Counted from the first letter of the stretch, positions 8,013-17,489 are shown. The stretch is 32,000 nucleotides of DNA from Longivirga aurantiaca (GCF_042660085.1 NZ_JBHSTI010000008.1:2025604-2057603); one strand, 5' to 3'. Notes: generated by a model from the letters alone, not told the origin. A program made the numbers and translations.

Positions 8013-8752
8013 AGACCGGACTCCGGCGTGCGCACGAGGATCCGGCGGCACTCCTCGCAGCGCAGCACCTCGTCGGGCGCCGCCTCGCGGATGCGGCCGA
8101 TGTCGGTCGGCGTGAGCTCCATCCGGCAGCCCTCGCACCGGCGCTGGTGCAGCGCAGCAGCACCGACGCCGTTGTGGTCGGCGCGCAGCTTGTCGTAGAG
8201 GGCCAGCAGGTCGGCGGGGATATCGAGCAGCACCTTCGTGCGCTCGGAGCCGACCCACTCCTTGTCCCGGTCGCCCTCGGCCCACGCGGCGTCGCGCTCG
8301 GCCTTCAGCCGGTCGATCTCGGCCGTGATGCCGTCCCGCTCGGCGGTGACGGTGGCGAGGGCCGAACGGGCGTCCTCGAGCTTCTCCATCACCTCGAGCT
8401 CGGCGTCCTCGAGGTCGGACTGCCGACGGGAGAGCGACTCGACCTCGCGCTGAAGGTTCTCGAGCTCCTTCGCCGACCCCACGCGGCCCGAGAGCAGCAG
8501 CTCCTGGTCCTTGGCGGCGCGCTGGCGCACCTGCTCGACATCGGTCTCGGCCTTGGCCATCGCGCGCTCGAGGTCGCTGACCTCGGTCTCGCCCGCGACC
8601 ACGCGGTCGCGGACACCGGCGTACCGCGCCTCGAGCTCCGCGATCCGGGCGAGCTGCGGGAGCGTGCGGCGACGGTGCTCGATCTGGTCCAGACGGGCGT
8701 CGAGCGCCTGCAGGTCGAGCAGGCGGAGCTGGACGGCGGGCTCGGCGTTCAC
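8009..8752 (-). CDS. Coiled-coil C4-type zinc ribbon domain protein
   Basis: Long coiled coil, then C-terminal CEGCRMELTP...CEECRRILVRTPESGL; 4-bp overlap with the downstream RNase H fusion gene. Confidence 0.9.
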   Translation of the reverse strand: MNAEPAVQLRLLDLQALDARLDQIEHRRRTLPQLARIAELEARYAGVRDRVVAGETEVSDLERAMAKAETDVEQVRQRAAKDQELLLSGRVGSAKELENLQREVESLSRRQSDLEDAELEVMEKLEDARSALATVTAERDGITAEIDRLKAERDAAWAEGDRDKEWVGSERTKVLLDIPADLLALYDKLRADHNGVGAAALHQRRCEGCRMELTPTDIGRIREAAPDEVLRCEECRRILVRTPESGL

Positions 8753-8807
8753 CGGTCTCCTCGATGTTCTGGTGTCAGTGGTGCGGTCGCGCTGAAGCGG
8801 TGCGGTC

Positions 8808-9623
8808 CTACAGGCGTGCGGTCCACGGGTCGGTGACGATCTCCGACACGTGGGTGTCCACCGTAACGCCGACGGCCGCGAGGTCCGACACGAGCAGGGC
8901 GGCAGCGCGCGCCAGCCAGGGCCACTCCGAGGCCCAGTGGGCGACGTCGAGCAGCGCCGGACCTCCCGCGGCCAGGTGGTCGAGCGCCACGTGGTGCTTG
9001 AGGTCGGCGGTCAGGTACACATCGACGCCGGCTGCGGCGGCCGCCGCGAGGGCGTCGGAGCCCGAGCCGCCGCAGACGGCGACGCGGTGGACCGGCTGCG
9101 CCGGGTCTCCCGCCACACGGACGCCGTGCACGGTCGAGGGCAGCGCACCGAGCACGGTCGAGGCGAGACCGCCCAGCGTGGTGCCGCCGGGCACCGCGCC
9201 GATGCGGCCGAGCCCCGTCCGGCCGTCGGCCGCTGGCACCAGCGGCACGAGGTCGACGAGCCCGATGGTCACGGCGAGGGCGTCCGAGACGCCGTCGAGC
9301 GCGACGTCGGCGTTGGTGTGCGCCGCCAGGAGGGCGCAGCCCCCGCTGATCAGCCGGTGGACGACGCGGCCGGCGGGGTCGGTCGCCGCGACCGACGACA
9401 CGGGGCGCAGCAGGAGCGGGTGGTGCGTGACGAGCAGGTCGGCGCCCGCAGCGAGTGCCTCGTGCACGACCGCCTCGGTGGGGTCCACCGCGAAGTGGAC
9501 GCGACGCACGGGCGCTGCCGGGTCGCCGCACACGAGCCCGACCGCGTCCCACGCCTCGGCGCCGGCCGGGTCGTACCGCCGGTGCACGGCTGCGACGACG
9601 TCGGCGACGGTTGCGTGGTCCAT
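8808..9623 (-). CDS. Nif3-like dinuclear metal center hexameric protein
   Basis: ADVVAAVHRRYDPAGAEAWDAVGLVCGDP, LLVTHHPLLLRPV, HTNADVALDGV. Confidence 0.9.
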   Translation of the reverse strand: MDHATVADVVAAVHRRYDPAGAEAWDAVGLVCGDPAAPVRRVHFAVDPTEAVVHEALAAGADLLVTHHPLLLRPVSSVAATDPAGRVVHRLISGGCALLAAHTNADVALDGVSDALAVTIGLVDLVPLVPAADGRTGLGRIGAVPGGTTLGGLASTVLGALPSTVHGVRVAGDPAQPVHRVAVCGGSGSDALAAAAAAGVDVYLTADLKHHVALDHLAAGGPALLDVAHWASEWPWLARAAALLVSDLAAVGVTVDTHVSEIVTDPWTARL

Positions 9624-9761
9624 GCCCGGAGCCTACGAGGCGCCGGAGCCTCGTGACGCGACCCACGTGCCTCCCAGGATCCGGCGTGGGAATGCGGACG
9701 CCGGGTGCTCGCGTTCTGGCAGGTGCGGCACCACCGCCGACACGGACCGAGGAGCAGTGCA

Positions 9762-10139
9762 GTGGCATCGATCGAGCTGACGGGTGAGGTCTTCGACGAC
9801 ACCGTCACGGGCAACGACATCGTGTTCGTCGACTTCTGGGCCGAGTGGTGCGGCCCGTGCCGCAACTTCGCCCCGGTCTTCGAGAAGGCCTCCGAGGCCC
9901 ACCCCGACATCGTGTTCGGCAAGGTCGACACCGAGGCCGAGCAGGCGCTCGCAGGCGCCGCCGGCATCTCCTCGATCCCCACGCTCATGGCCTTCCGCGA
10001 GGGCGTGATGCTCTACTCGCAGCCCGGCGCCCTGCGCGACGAGCAGCTCGAGCAGCTGATCAGCGCCGTCAAGAACGTGGACATGACCGAGGTGCACGCG
10101 CAGATCGCAGCGCAGAAGGCCGCCGCCACCGAGGCCTGA
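9762..10139 (+). CDS. trxA: Thioredoxin
   Basis: VFVDFWAEWCGPCRNFAPVFEKAS...KVDTEAEQALAGAAGISSIPTLMAFREG; GTG start with GGAG upstream. Confidence 0.93.
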   Translation: MASIELTGEVFDDTVTGNDIVFVDFWAEWCGPCRNFAPVFEKASEAHPDIVFGKVDTEAEQALAGAAGISSIPTLMAFREGVMLYSQPGALRDEQLEQLISAVKNVDMTEVHAQIAAQKAAATEA

Positions 10140-10147
10140 GCAGCACG

Positions 10148-10189
10148 ACGAAGGCCCCGGACGTCCTCGCGGACGTCCGGGGCCTTCGT
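10148..10189. terminator. Bidirectional terminator hairpin between convergent trxA and helicase genes
   Basis: 19-bp perfect stem (acgaaggccccggacgtcc / ggacgtccggggccttcgt), 4-nt loop. Confidence 0.85.
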
Positions 10190-10199
10190 GCTGATCAGG

Positions 10200-11768
10200 T
10201 CAGCGGCTGCGACGACCGGCGCCGGCCGAGAACTCCGAGACCGAGCGGCGGGGAGCCGCGCCGGCCGAGGAGCCGCCGCGCGAGCTGCGCTGGCCGCCCT
10301 GCCCCGACGACGACTTCGGCGCCGACGACGACCGCTGGCTGCGCTGCCCGCCGCCGTTGCCGCCGCCGTTGCGCGAGCGACCGCCCCCGCCGGTGCCGCC
10401 GCCGCTGCGCGAGCGGCCGCCGGACGACGGCTCCTCACGACGGGCGACGGGCTGGACGAACGCGGCACGCGGGCCGGTCAGCTCGAGCAGCTCGGGCGAG
10501 CCGGGCTGCACCGAGGACAGGTTCGGCCGGATGCCCGCCTTGCGCGTCATCTGCGTGACGTCGCCGCGCTGCGCCGAGGTCTGCAGGGTGACGACGACGC
10601 CGGAGGCGCCCGCGCGGGCGGTGCGGCCCGAGCGGTGGAGGTACGCCTTGTGCTCGGTCGGCGGGTCGACGTGCACCACGAGCGCGATGTCGTCGACGTG
10701 GATGCCGCGAGCGGCGACGTCGGTCGCGACGAGCACCTTGACCTCGCCGCTGCGGAACGCCTCGAGGTTCCGGGTGCGTGCGTTCTGCGCGAGGTTGCCG
10801 TGCAGGTCGACCGCAGGGACACCGGCGAGGGTGAGGTCGCGGGCGAGCTTCTTGGCGCCGTGCTTGGTGCGCATGAAGAGCACCGACCGGCTCTCGCCGG
10901 ACGCGAGCTCGTGCACGACCGCGGGCTTGTCCCCGGCGGTCACGGTGAGCACGTGGTGCTCCATGTCGGGCTCGGTGCGCGCGTCGTCGTCGACCGAGTG
11001 CGTGACCGGGTTCGACAGGTAGCGGCGCACCAGCACGTCGACGCCGTTGTCGAGCGTGGCGGAGAACAGCAGCCGCTGGCCGTCGGACGGCGTGGTGTCC
11101 ATGATCCGGCGTACGCCGGGGAGGAAGCCGAGGTCGGCCATGTGGTCGGCCTCGTCGAGCACGGTGACCGAGACGTCGTCGAGGGTGACGTGGCCCTGAC
11201 GCATGAGGTCCTCGAGCCGGCCGGGGCACGCGACGACGATGTCGGCGCCGCGCTGCAGCGCCTTCACCTGGCCGCCCTGGCCCACGCCGCCGTAGATGGT
11301 CATGGTCGAGAGCCCAGCCGCCTCGGCCAGGGGCACGAGCGTGTCGTGGACCTGCGTGGCGAGCTCGCGGGTGGGGAGCAGGACGAGGGCGCGCGGGCGC
11401 CCACGGGTGGCGCGGCGACGCTCGGTCACGAGGCGCGCCACGAGCGGCAGCGCGAACGCGATGGTCTTGCCGCTGCCCGTACGGCCGCGGCCGAGGACGT
11501 CGCGGCCCGACAGCGAGTCGGGCAGCGTCGCGGACTGGATCGGGAACGCCGACTCGATGCCCTGCTTGGCGAGGACGTCGACGAGGTTCTGCGGCACGCC
11601 GAGCACGGCGAAGTCGGTGCTGGCGGCCGCGTGGGCGGCGGTCGGCTCGACGACGGGCGCTGCCTTGTTGGGCAGGCCGGTGCTCGGGTTGGTGCCCTTG
11701 GTGCCGTTGGTGCGGCGGCGCGGCCTGTCGCGGCGCGCGTCGTCGCGGGTGTTCGTGGTGATGGTCAT
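10200..11768 (-). CDS. DEAD/DEAH-box RNA helicase
   Basis: GRGRTGSGKT, PTRELA, VLDEADHMADLG, SATL, HRSGRTARAG motifs; RG/RS-rich C-terminus. Confidence 0.93.
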   Translation of the reverse strand: MTITTNTRDDARRDRPRRRTNGTKGTNPSTGLPNKAAPVVEPTAAHAAASTDFAVLGVPQNLVDVLAKQGIESAFPIQSATLPDSLSGRDVLGRGRTGSGKTIAFALPLVARLVTERRRATRGRPRALVLLPTRELATQVHDTLVPLAEAAGLSTMTIYGGVGQGGQVKALQRGADIVVACPGRLEDLMRQGHVTLDDVSVTVLDEADHMADLGFLPGVRRIMDTTPSDGQRLLFSATLDNGVDVLVRRYLSNPVTHSVDDDARTEPDMEHHVLTVTAGDKPAVVHELASGESRSVLFMRTKHGAKKLARDLTLAGVPAVDLHGNLAQNARTRNLEAFRSGEVKVLVATDVAARGIHVDDIALVVHVDPPTEHKAYLHRSGRTARAGASGVVVTLQTSAQRGDVTQMTRKAGIRPNLSSVQPGSPELLELTGPRAAFVQPVARREEPSSGGRSRSGGGTGGGGRSRNGGGNGGGQRSQRSSSAPKSSSGQGGQRSSRGGSSAGAAPRRSVSEFSAGAGRRSR

Positions 11769-12113
11769 GGGACCTTCCGGATCGTGGTGGTCACCCGCAA
11801 GACAGCGCGCAGCACGCTCGGGAGGAGCGAGGGCGCAAAGGGTTGCGTCGTCGGTGACCGTGGTGCGTTCCCGTGCGGGTGCACCGCAACCGGTCACTGG
11901 GCCGGAGGCTCGGGGCGCTGCGCTGTTGGAGCGCGTCCCCGTCGTGAGAAGGAATTCGCCGCGGGGTCAGTGCCACCCGGAGCTCGGCGAGATGTGACCA
12001 GGGTACCGGAGTTCCGAGGCGACCCCGACCACCGACGCGCGGCGAGGGTGACGTGATCGTCATGACCGCCCCATGACGGCACGGAGGGTTCATGATGTCC
12101 GCGGGGGACGAGG

Positions 12114-12965
12114 ATGGGTGTGCCGATGAGGCCCAACCGGCCGACGCGGGCCGCCCTGCGGCTCGCCGCGGGCTACTTCGCGGTGTCCGTGGCGTGGATC
12201 CTGCTCTCCGACCGCTTCGCGCGCAGGCTCGCGTTCGGCAACGAGGACGCCGAGCGCTACCTGCAGTCGCTCAAGGGCCTCGGCTTCGTCGCGATCACGT
12301 CGATCGGGCTGTTCCTCGTCGCGCTCCGCTACCTGCGCCGGGTCGAGGACTCGACCGATCGCCTGCGATCGGCGTACGACGAGACCCTCGCCGGCTGGGC
12401 GTCCGCGCTCGACATCCGCGACCGCTCGACGGCGCAGCACACCGAGCGCGTCACGCGCCGCACGGTGGCGCTGGCACGGCAGTTCGGGTTCGAGGGCAGG
12501 GCGCTCGACGACGTGCGTCGAGGAGCGACGCTGCACGACATCGGGAAGATGGGCGTGCCCGACGACGTCCTCGGCAAGAAGGGCCCGCTCACCGACGACG
12601 AGTGGGTGCAGATGCGACGGCATCCCGAGCTCGCCGTCCAGATGCTCCAGGGCATCGAGTACCTCCGCCCTGCGCTGACGATCCCCCTGTGCCATCACGA
12701 GAAGTGGGACGGCAGCGGATACCCGGCGGGCCTCGTGCGCGAGCAGATCCCGCTCGAGGCGCGGCTGTTCGCCGTGGTCGACGTGTACGACGCCATCACC
12801 TCGGTGCGGCCGTACCGCCAGCCGATGCAGGCCGACGAGGCGCGGGCCACCATCGAGGCCGGCTCGGGCACCCACTTCGATCCGGACGTGGTCGTGGCCT
12901 TGCTCGCACTCGTCGACGCCGAGAACCGCGCGGAGGCAGGGCGAGGGCCCGCCACCCCCCAGTAG
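12114..12965 (+). CDS. Membrane HD-GYP domain phosphodiesterase-like protein
   Basis: Two N-terminal hydrophobic segments, then HD-GYP (HTERV, LHDIGKMGVPD, HHEKWDGSGYPAGL). Confidence 0.9.
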   Translation: MGVPMRPNRPTRAALRLAAGYFAVSVAWILLSDRFARRLAFGNEDAERYLQSLKGLGFVAITSIGLFLVALRYLRRVEDSTDRLRSAYDETLAGWASALDIRDRSTAQHTERVTRRTVALARQFGFEGRALDDVRRGATLHDIGKMGVPDDVLGKKGPLTDDEWVQMRRHPELAVQMLQGIEYLRPALTIPLCHHEKWDGSGYPAGLVREQIPLEARLFAVVDVYDAITSVRPYRQPMQADEARATIEAGSGTHFDPDVVVALLALVDAENRAEAGRGPATPQ

Positions 12966-13269
12966 GTGACGGGCCCTCGAGCGGGTGACGAGCACCGCTC
13001 CGAGGAGCAGTCCGGCTCGCAGGTCACCCGAGCCTTGACCCGGCCTGCGATCGGCCGGGCAGAAGAACCATCTCCCGGCGATGTGAACAGTCCGTTTCGT
13101 CCCTGATGCGTCGAGGTCAACCTTTTCCGCCCCTGCGCGAAGGAGGGCGGACGAACCACGACGAGGTGGGCGCACAGGTCCCTGCTGCGCATCGCAGGCT
13201 CGTCCAGCCGAGCCAGCCCTGCGCTCAGATGCGCACCGGGGGCCCACAGCCCGTCTGCGCCAGACGTGC

Positions 13270-13298
13270 GTGGCCCGGACCCTGCGGGCCCGGGCCAC
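13270..13298 (-). terminator. Hairpin downstream of tRNA-Val
   Basis: gtggcccgg / ccgggccac 9-bp stem. Confidence 0.6.
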
Positions 13299-13306
13299 GA
13301 TCGACG

Positions 13307-13380
13307 TGGGCGCAAAGGGACTCGAACCCCTGACCCCCTCCTTGTAAGGGAGGTGCTCTAACCAGCTGAGCTATGCGCCC
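13307..13380 (-). tRNA. tRNA-Val (anticodon TAC)
   Basis: GGGCGCATAGCTCAGCTGGTTAGAGCACCTCCCTTACAAGGAGGGGGTCAGGGGTTCGAGTCCCTTTGCGCCCA folds as a complete cloverleaf. Confidence 0.95.
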
Positions 13381-13564
13381 GGATGCCGGCGACGTGCGCC
13401 GATCCGACGGGCGAGGGTACCGAAACGGGCGGTCGGCCACGAAACCTGCGCACCTGGTCCGGACGTGGGACAACCGCGTCGGGGGGTTCTCGGGCCACCT
13501 CCGACGCGGCTGCCGGGACGATCCTGCGACCGATCGGGCCGACCCGCATCTCGAGCCCTCAGGC

Positions 13565-13653
13565 CTTGCCTCGCCGATGGGGGAGACGGACTTTCGTGCG
13601 GTTTCGGGCTGTTGGCCATACCGTGCTGGCTGCGCTGGGCGCGCGCGGTCCTG
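13565..13653 (+). repeat. Left arm of 89-bp inverted repeat
   Basis: cttgcctcgccgatgggggagacggactttcgtgcggtttcgggctgttggccataccgtgctggctgcgctgggcgcgcgcggtcctg. Confidence 0.97.
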
Positions 13654-13834
13654 CACTCGGCATCACGCTCGCGCGCCTCACCGCGTTCGAGACCGGTGCC
13701 GCGCCCCCGGCTCACGGAGATCATCAAGCTCGCCGCGAGCGGGCTGTGGTGTCCAACAAGCGGATCGGCGATTCCGGCACCGGGCAACGGTCCAGGGCCT
13801 AACCTCCCCACGGGGGCTCGTCCGGGGAGGGACC

Positions 13835-16366
13835 ATGCGCTGGACCACTGTGGTGGTGCGGGGGGCTGTCGCGGCGGTGGTTCTGGCCGCGGCCTGGCAG
13901 CCAGTCGCCGCACAGGCCGCGACGTTCACCATCAGTTGCCTGAGCAACCCGGTGCTGAGGAACATCGCGCTCATCGACGCGTTGGAGAAGGCCAACGACG
14001 AGGTGTCCTACCCCGGTGCGGACACTGTCGTGCTGCCCGCCGGCTGCCACTACCTGTTCGACCAGGATTACGGCGACTCCGGCGGCATCCTGCCGCCGAT
14101 CACCGCGGCAGTGACCATCGACGGGAACGGGTCCACGATCGAGAGGCAGGATCCGGACACCGGCACCGGTGATGGGGGCCGGTTCCTCACGATCAAGTCG
14201 ACCGGCGACCTGGTGGTCGGCGATCTGACGCTGCTCAACGGGGCAGGTAGCGACGGCGGGTTCATCGGCAACAGCGGACAGCTGATCGCCAGCGACCTTG
14301 TCCTTGAGGACTCGGCGTACGGGAACAACGACTCGGCGCTGCACAACTGGGGCACCGCCTACGTGCAGCGAACCACGTTCACCAACACCGACTTGTTCGG
14401 GATCGCCGCCCTCGGAGGCGGCGTCTACAACGAGGGTGGGGCGCACCTGACCGTCGTGGACTCCTTGTTCCAGTTCAACACCGCGGACGCCCCGACCGGC
14501 GTGCCGCAAGTGGGCGGGGCGCTGTTCAACGAGCCGCTCGGCTACGTGGAGATCTACGGCACGACGTTCGACCGCAACTACGCCGGAGGTACCGGCGGTG
14601 CGATCTACAACGCCGGGGACCTGCGCATCCACGGGAGCACGTTCACCGGGAACGGTTCCAACTTCGGCGCCGCGATCGACAACTCCGCGGATCTGACCGT
14701 CGATACCAGCTACTTCGGGCAGAACGCTGCAGGCATCCAGGGCGGTGCCATCAACAGCACCGGGCTGGGCACGCTGATGAACGTCACCAACAGCACCTTC
14801 TACCGGAACAGCGCGAACAGCGGGAACGGCAAGGGCGGCGCGATCGCGAACGGGTTCTCCTTCGTTGGCGAGGCGCTCACCTTCGACGGGAACAAGGGCG
14901 TCGGTGCGTCGGTGTGGACAGGGGAGAACGCCGTCTCGAGGCTGGAGTCCTCCATCTTGGGCGGGACCGTCACGCAGTGCGCCGGTGACGGCACGACCAA
15001 CGACTTCGGGGGGAACCTGGTCCAGAGCAGCGCCTACGGCTGCCCGGACACGTTCCTGGTCGGCGACCCTGTGCTGAGCTCGCCGGCGGCGCATGGCAGC
15101 ACCGCGCCGCTGACCGTGGCGCTGGGTGCCGGCAGCGCCGCCGTGGACCGCATCTCTAGCGGCTGCACGAGCACCGACCAGCGGGGCAAGCCACGCCCAG
15201 CCGACGCGTGCGACATCGGCGCCTACGAGAACCAGGCTCCGTCCGCGCCGGGCACGCCGCTCGTCACGCCGTCCACCAACCCGACCCGGACCGGCGCGTT
15301 CCAGCTGTCCTGGTCGGCCGCCAGCGACCCGGACGGCACGGCTCCGTGCTACAGCGTGCAGCGCAAGGACACCGACGACTCCGCCTTCACGCAGATCGCC
15401 TCGACCTGCGCGCTGTCGACCGGGTTCAGCGCCATCACCGCGCAAGCTGAGGGCCGGGTGCAGTACCGGATCAGCGCCACCGACGGCCTGACCACCGCGA
15501 CGGGGTCCACCTCCAGCGTCCTCGTCATCGACCGCACCGCGCCGTCCGACCCGACACTGACGCCCGACAGGGTTGCCGAGTACTCGCCGGCAGCCGGTGA
15601 CGCGTGGTGGGCTGACACGCTGACCGTGACCGCGGCAGGCTCGTCCGACCCGGCCCTGGCCGACGGCAGCGCCGGCACCGGCATCGCCGGTTACACCGAC
15701 CCCCAGACGCTCACCGCGACCGGCGCCACCGTGGTGTCCGGCACGGCCACCGACGGCGCCGGCAACACCAGCACCAGCCAGGCCGCGTTCCGCGTCGACG
15801 CGTCTGCGCCGGTTGTCGCCTACGGCGCGTGCCCCGCGACCCGGCTGAAGGGCCAGGCTCTGACCCTGGCGTGGTCCGCAACCGACGCCGGCGCGGGGCT
15901 CGCCACGTCGAGCACCGGCACGCAGGTCGTGGACGTCGATGTCGTCGGTGAGAAGACCTACCAGGCCAGCGCCACCGACCTGGTAGGGCACACAACCGTC
16001 GCCACCTGCACCGTCCGCGTCGTCTACGACTACAAGGGCCCGTTCTCCCCGCTGTCGGCCACCGGGTACGCCACGGTCACGGCCGGACGAGTCGTCCCGG
16101 TGCAGTTCAGCCTCGCCGGCAACCAGGGCCTCGGCGTGCTCACCGGCGGCAACGCGCAGTCCGCGCCCGTCACGTGCGGCACGACTCCAGCTCTGACCAG
16201 CGGCACGGCAACGTCTCCCACCAAGGCCGGGCTCACGTACGACACCAAGACGGGGCTGTACACGTACAGCTGGAAGACCGCCAGCGCCTGGGCCGGGAGC
16301 TGCCGCGTGCTGATCCTGCCGCTCAACGACGGCACGATGCACCGCTCCTACGTCCAGTTCAAGTGA
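13835..16366 (+). CDS. Secreted right-handed beta-helix (choice-of-anchor-Q-like) protein with Ig/Fn3-like modules and C-terminal PxKF-type domain
   Basis: Signal peptide (MRWTTVVVRGAVAAVVLAAAWQPVAAQA); repeated GGAIYNxG..I..STF..N motifs; RGKPRPADACDIGAYE; Ig-like segments; C-terminal PVQFSLAGNQGLGVL...YSWKTASAWAGSCRVL. Confidence 0.85.
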   Translation: MRWTTVVVRGAVAAVVLAAAWQPVAAQAATFTISCLSNPVLRNIALIDALEKANDEVSYPGADTVVLPAGCHYLFDQDYGDSGGILPPITAAVTIDGNGSTIERQDPDTGTGDGGRFLTIKSTGDLVVGDLTLLNGAGSDGGFIGNSGQLIASDLVLEDSAYGNNDSALHNWGTAYVQRTTFTNTDLFGIAALGGGVYNEGGAHLTVVDSLFQFNTADAPTGVPQVGGALFNEPLGYVEIYGTTFDRNYAGGTGGAIYNAGDLRIHGSTFTGNGSNFGAAIDNSADLTVDTSYFGQNAAGIQGGAINSTGLGTLMNVTNSTFYRNSANSGNGKGGAIANGFSFVGEALTFDGNKGVGASVWTGENAVSRLESSILGGTVTQCAGDGTTNDFGGNLVQSSAYGCPDTFLVGDPVLSSPAAHGSTAPLTVALGAGSAAVDRISSGCTSTDQRGKPRPADACDIGAYENQAPSAPGTPLVTPSTNPTRTGAFQLSWSAASDPDGTAPCYSVQRKDTDDSAFTQIASTCALSTGFSAITAQAEGRVQYRISATDGLTTATGSTSSVLVIDRTAPSDPTLTPDRVAEYSPAAGDAWWADTLTVTAAGSSDPALADGSAGTGIAGYTDPQTLTATGATVVSGTATDGAGNTSTSQAAFRVDASAPVVAYGACPATRLKGQALTLAWSATDAGAGLATSSTGTQVVDVDVVGEKTYQASATDLVGHTTVATCTVRVVYDYKGPFSPLSATGYATVTAGRVVPVQFSLAGNQGLGVLTGGNAQSAPVTCGTTPALTSGTATSPTKAGLTYDTKTGLYTYSWKTASAWAGSCRVLILPLNDGTMHRSYVQFK

Positions 16367-16504
16367 GGCGGACGGCGGGGGCAAGCGGGGACCCCTGCTG
16401 ACAGGCCGGCTGCGGCGGCTGGCTCAGCCGCGCGCTCGAGTATCGCGCGGCACCGGAATAGGCACACCCCCCTCCGCGTCGGCTGGGCGTCCGGAGGCCA
16501 GCGT

Positions 16505-16593
16505 CAGGACCGCGCGCGCCCAGCGCAGCCAGCACGGTATGGCCGACAGCCCGAAACCGCATGAAAGTCCGTCTCCCCCATCGGCGAGGCAAG
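16505..16593 (-). repeat. Right arm of 89-bp inverted repeat
   Basis: Reverse complement matches 13565-13653 with two mismatches. Confidence 0.97.
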
Positions 16594-16595
16594 CC

Positions 16596-16928
16596 TCAGG
16601 CGGTGGGGTCCGCCCGCAGCACGCGGTCGAGGGCGGCTGCGACGTCGGCCGCGAGGGCCTCCCGGGGCGACCCCTCCCGCTCGACGTTCGCGCCGGGAGC
16701 GGCCACCGAGGCTCCGACGTGACCGCAGCCCCGGCACACGACCTCGCCGAGCCGCTTCACGAGCACGGTCGACCCGCACTGCGCGCACCGGTCGAGCCCG
16801 TCGGTCCAGCCGTCGGTCTGGCAGTCGGGGCAGACGAGCACCTGCTCGCCCACCACGACGGCACGACGCCAGGTCGACGGACCGGAGTCCGGGTCGACCT
16901 GGCGTCGACCGCACACGACGCACCCCAT
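16596..16928 (-). CDS. Zinc-ribbon protein (four CxxC motifs)
   Basis: MGCVVCGRR...VCPDCQTDG...RCAQCGS...VVCRGCGHVG. Confidence 0.65.
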   Translation of the reverse strand: MGCVVCGRRQVDPDSGPSTWRRAVVVGEQVLVCPDCQTDGWTDGLDRCAQCGSTVLVKRLGEVVCRGCGHVGASVAAPGANVEREGSPREALAADVAAALDRVLRADPTA

Positions 16929-16965
16929 GGCACCGATGGTGCCAGCAGGACGCCGGGATGCGGGA

Positions 16966-17430
16966 TCAGGCAGTGATCGCGAGCAGGGCGTCGCGGTAGT
17001 CCTGGGTGCGCCGGGCGTCGCCCGGGCCGTTCACGACCGACCAGCGCACGACGCCGTCCTTGTCGATGATGAACGTCGCACGGAGCGGGAAGCCGCCGGG
17101 CTCGAAGAAGACGCCGTACTCCTGGGTCACGGCGCCGTGCGGCCAGAAGTCGCTGAGGAGCTGGAACTCGTAGCCCTCCTGCTCGGCGAACACCTTGAGC
17201 GTGGCCGTCGTGTCGCACGAGATGCCGAGGACGACGGTGTCGTCGTTCTCGAACACCGACCGCTCGTCGCGGATCTCGCACAGCTCGCCGGTGCAGGTGG
17301 CCGTGAACGCCTTCGGGTAGAAGACGACCACGACCGTCTTCTCGCCGCGGAACGACGAGAGACGCACCGGGGTGCCGAACTGGTTCCTGAGCTCGAAGTC
17401 GGGGGCTTCCTGGCCCACCTCGACCGGCAT
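16966..17430 (-). CDS. Peroxiredoxin (AhpC/TSA family, AhpE-like)
   Basis: APDFELRNQFGTPVRLSSFRGEKTVVVVFYPKAFTATCTGELCEIRD. Confidence 0.93.
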   Translation of the reverse strand: MPVEVGQEAPDFELRNQFGTPVRLSSFRGEKTVVVVFYPKAFTATCTGELCEIRDERSVFENDDTVVLGISCDTTATLKVFAEQEGYEFQLLSDFWPHGAVTQEYGVFFEPGGFPLRATFIIDKDGVVRWSVVNGPGDARRTQDYRDALLAITA

Positions 17431-17489
17431 GCGCGTGCCCTTCCTGGCCCTGGGCCGCGGAAGCGTCCCCACCACGGCAGGATTCGATC

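Larger units (their letters stand above)
13557..16601. mobile_element. Candidate transposase-less element: 89-bp inverted repeats flanked by an 8-bp direct repeat, cargo is one secreted protein
   Basis: IR arms 13565-13653 and 16505-16593 (87/89 identical); CCTCAGGC at 13557-13564 and 16594-16601. Confidence 0.5.

Noticed and set aside
6069-8198. 709-aa plus-strand ORF (and the 722-aa ORF 5995-8163)
   Set aside because: Composition typical of antisense/out-of-frame reading in high GC DNA; it overlaps well-supported sirtuin and RNase H/phosphatase genes.
13307-13380. tRNA-Val as an integrase attachment site for the adjacent element
   Set aside because: No integrase gene and no second copy of the tRNA 3' end was seen in the window; the element boundary lies ~180 bp away.
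13565-13653. Peptide LASPMGETDF(R/H)AVSGC(W/R)PYRAGCAGRARS seen in two ORFs, suggesting a repeated protein motif
   Set aside because: It is the translation of the 89-bp inverted repeat in both arms; there is no evidence that it is coding.
13799-16384. 861-aa minus-strand ORF inside the inverted-repeat unit
   Set aside because: It is antisense to the clearly modular secreted protein, rich in R/G/A/V and without signal or domain motifs.
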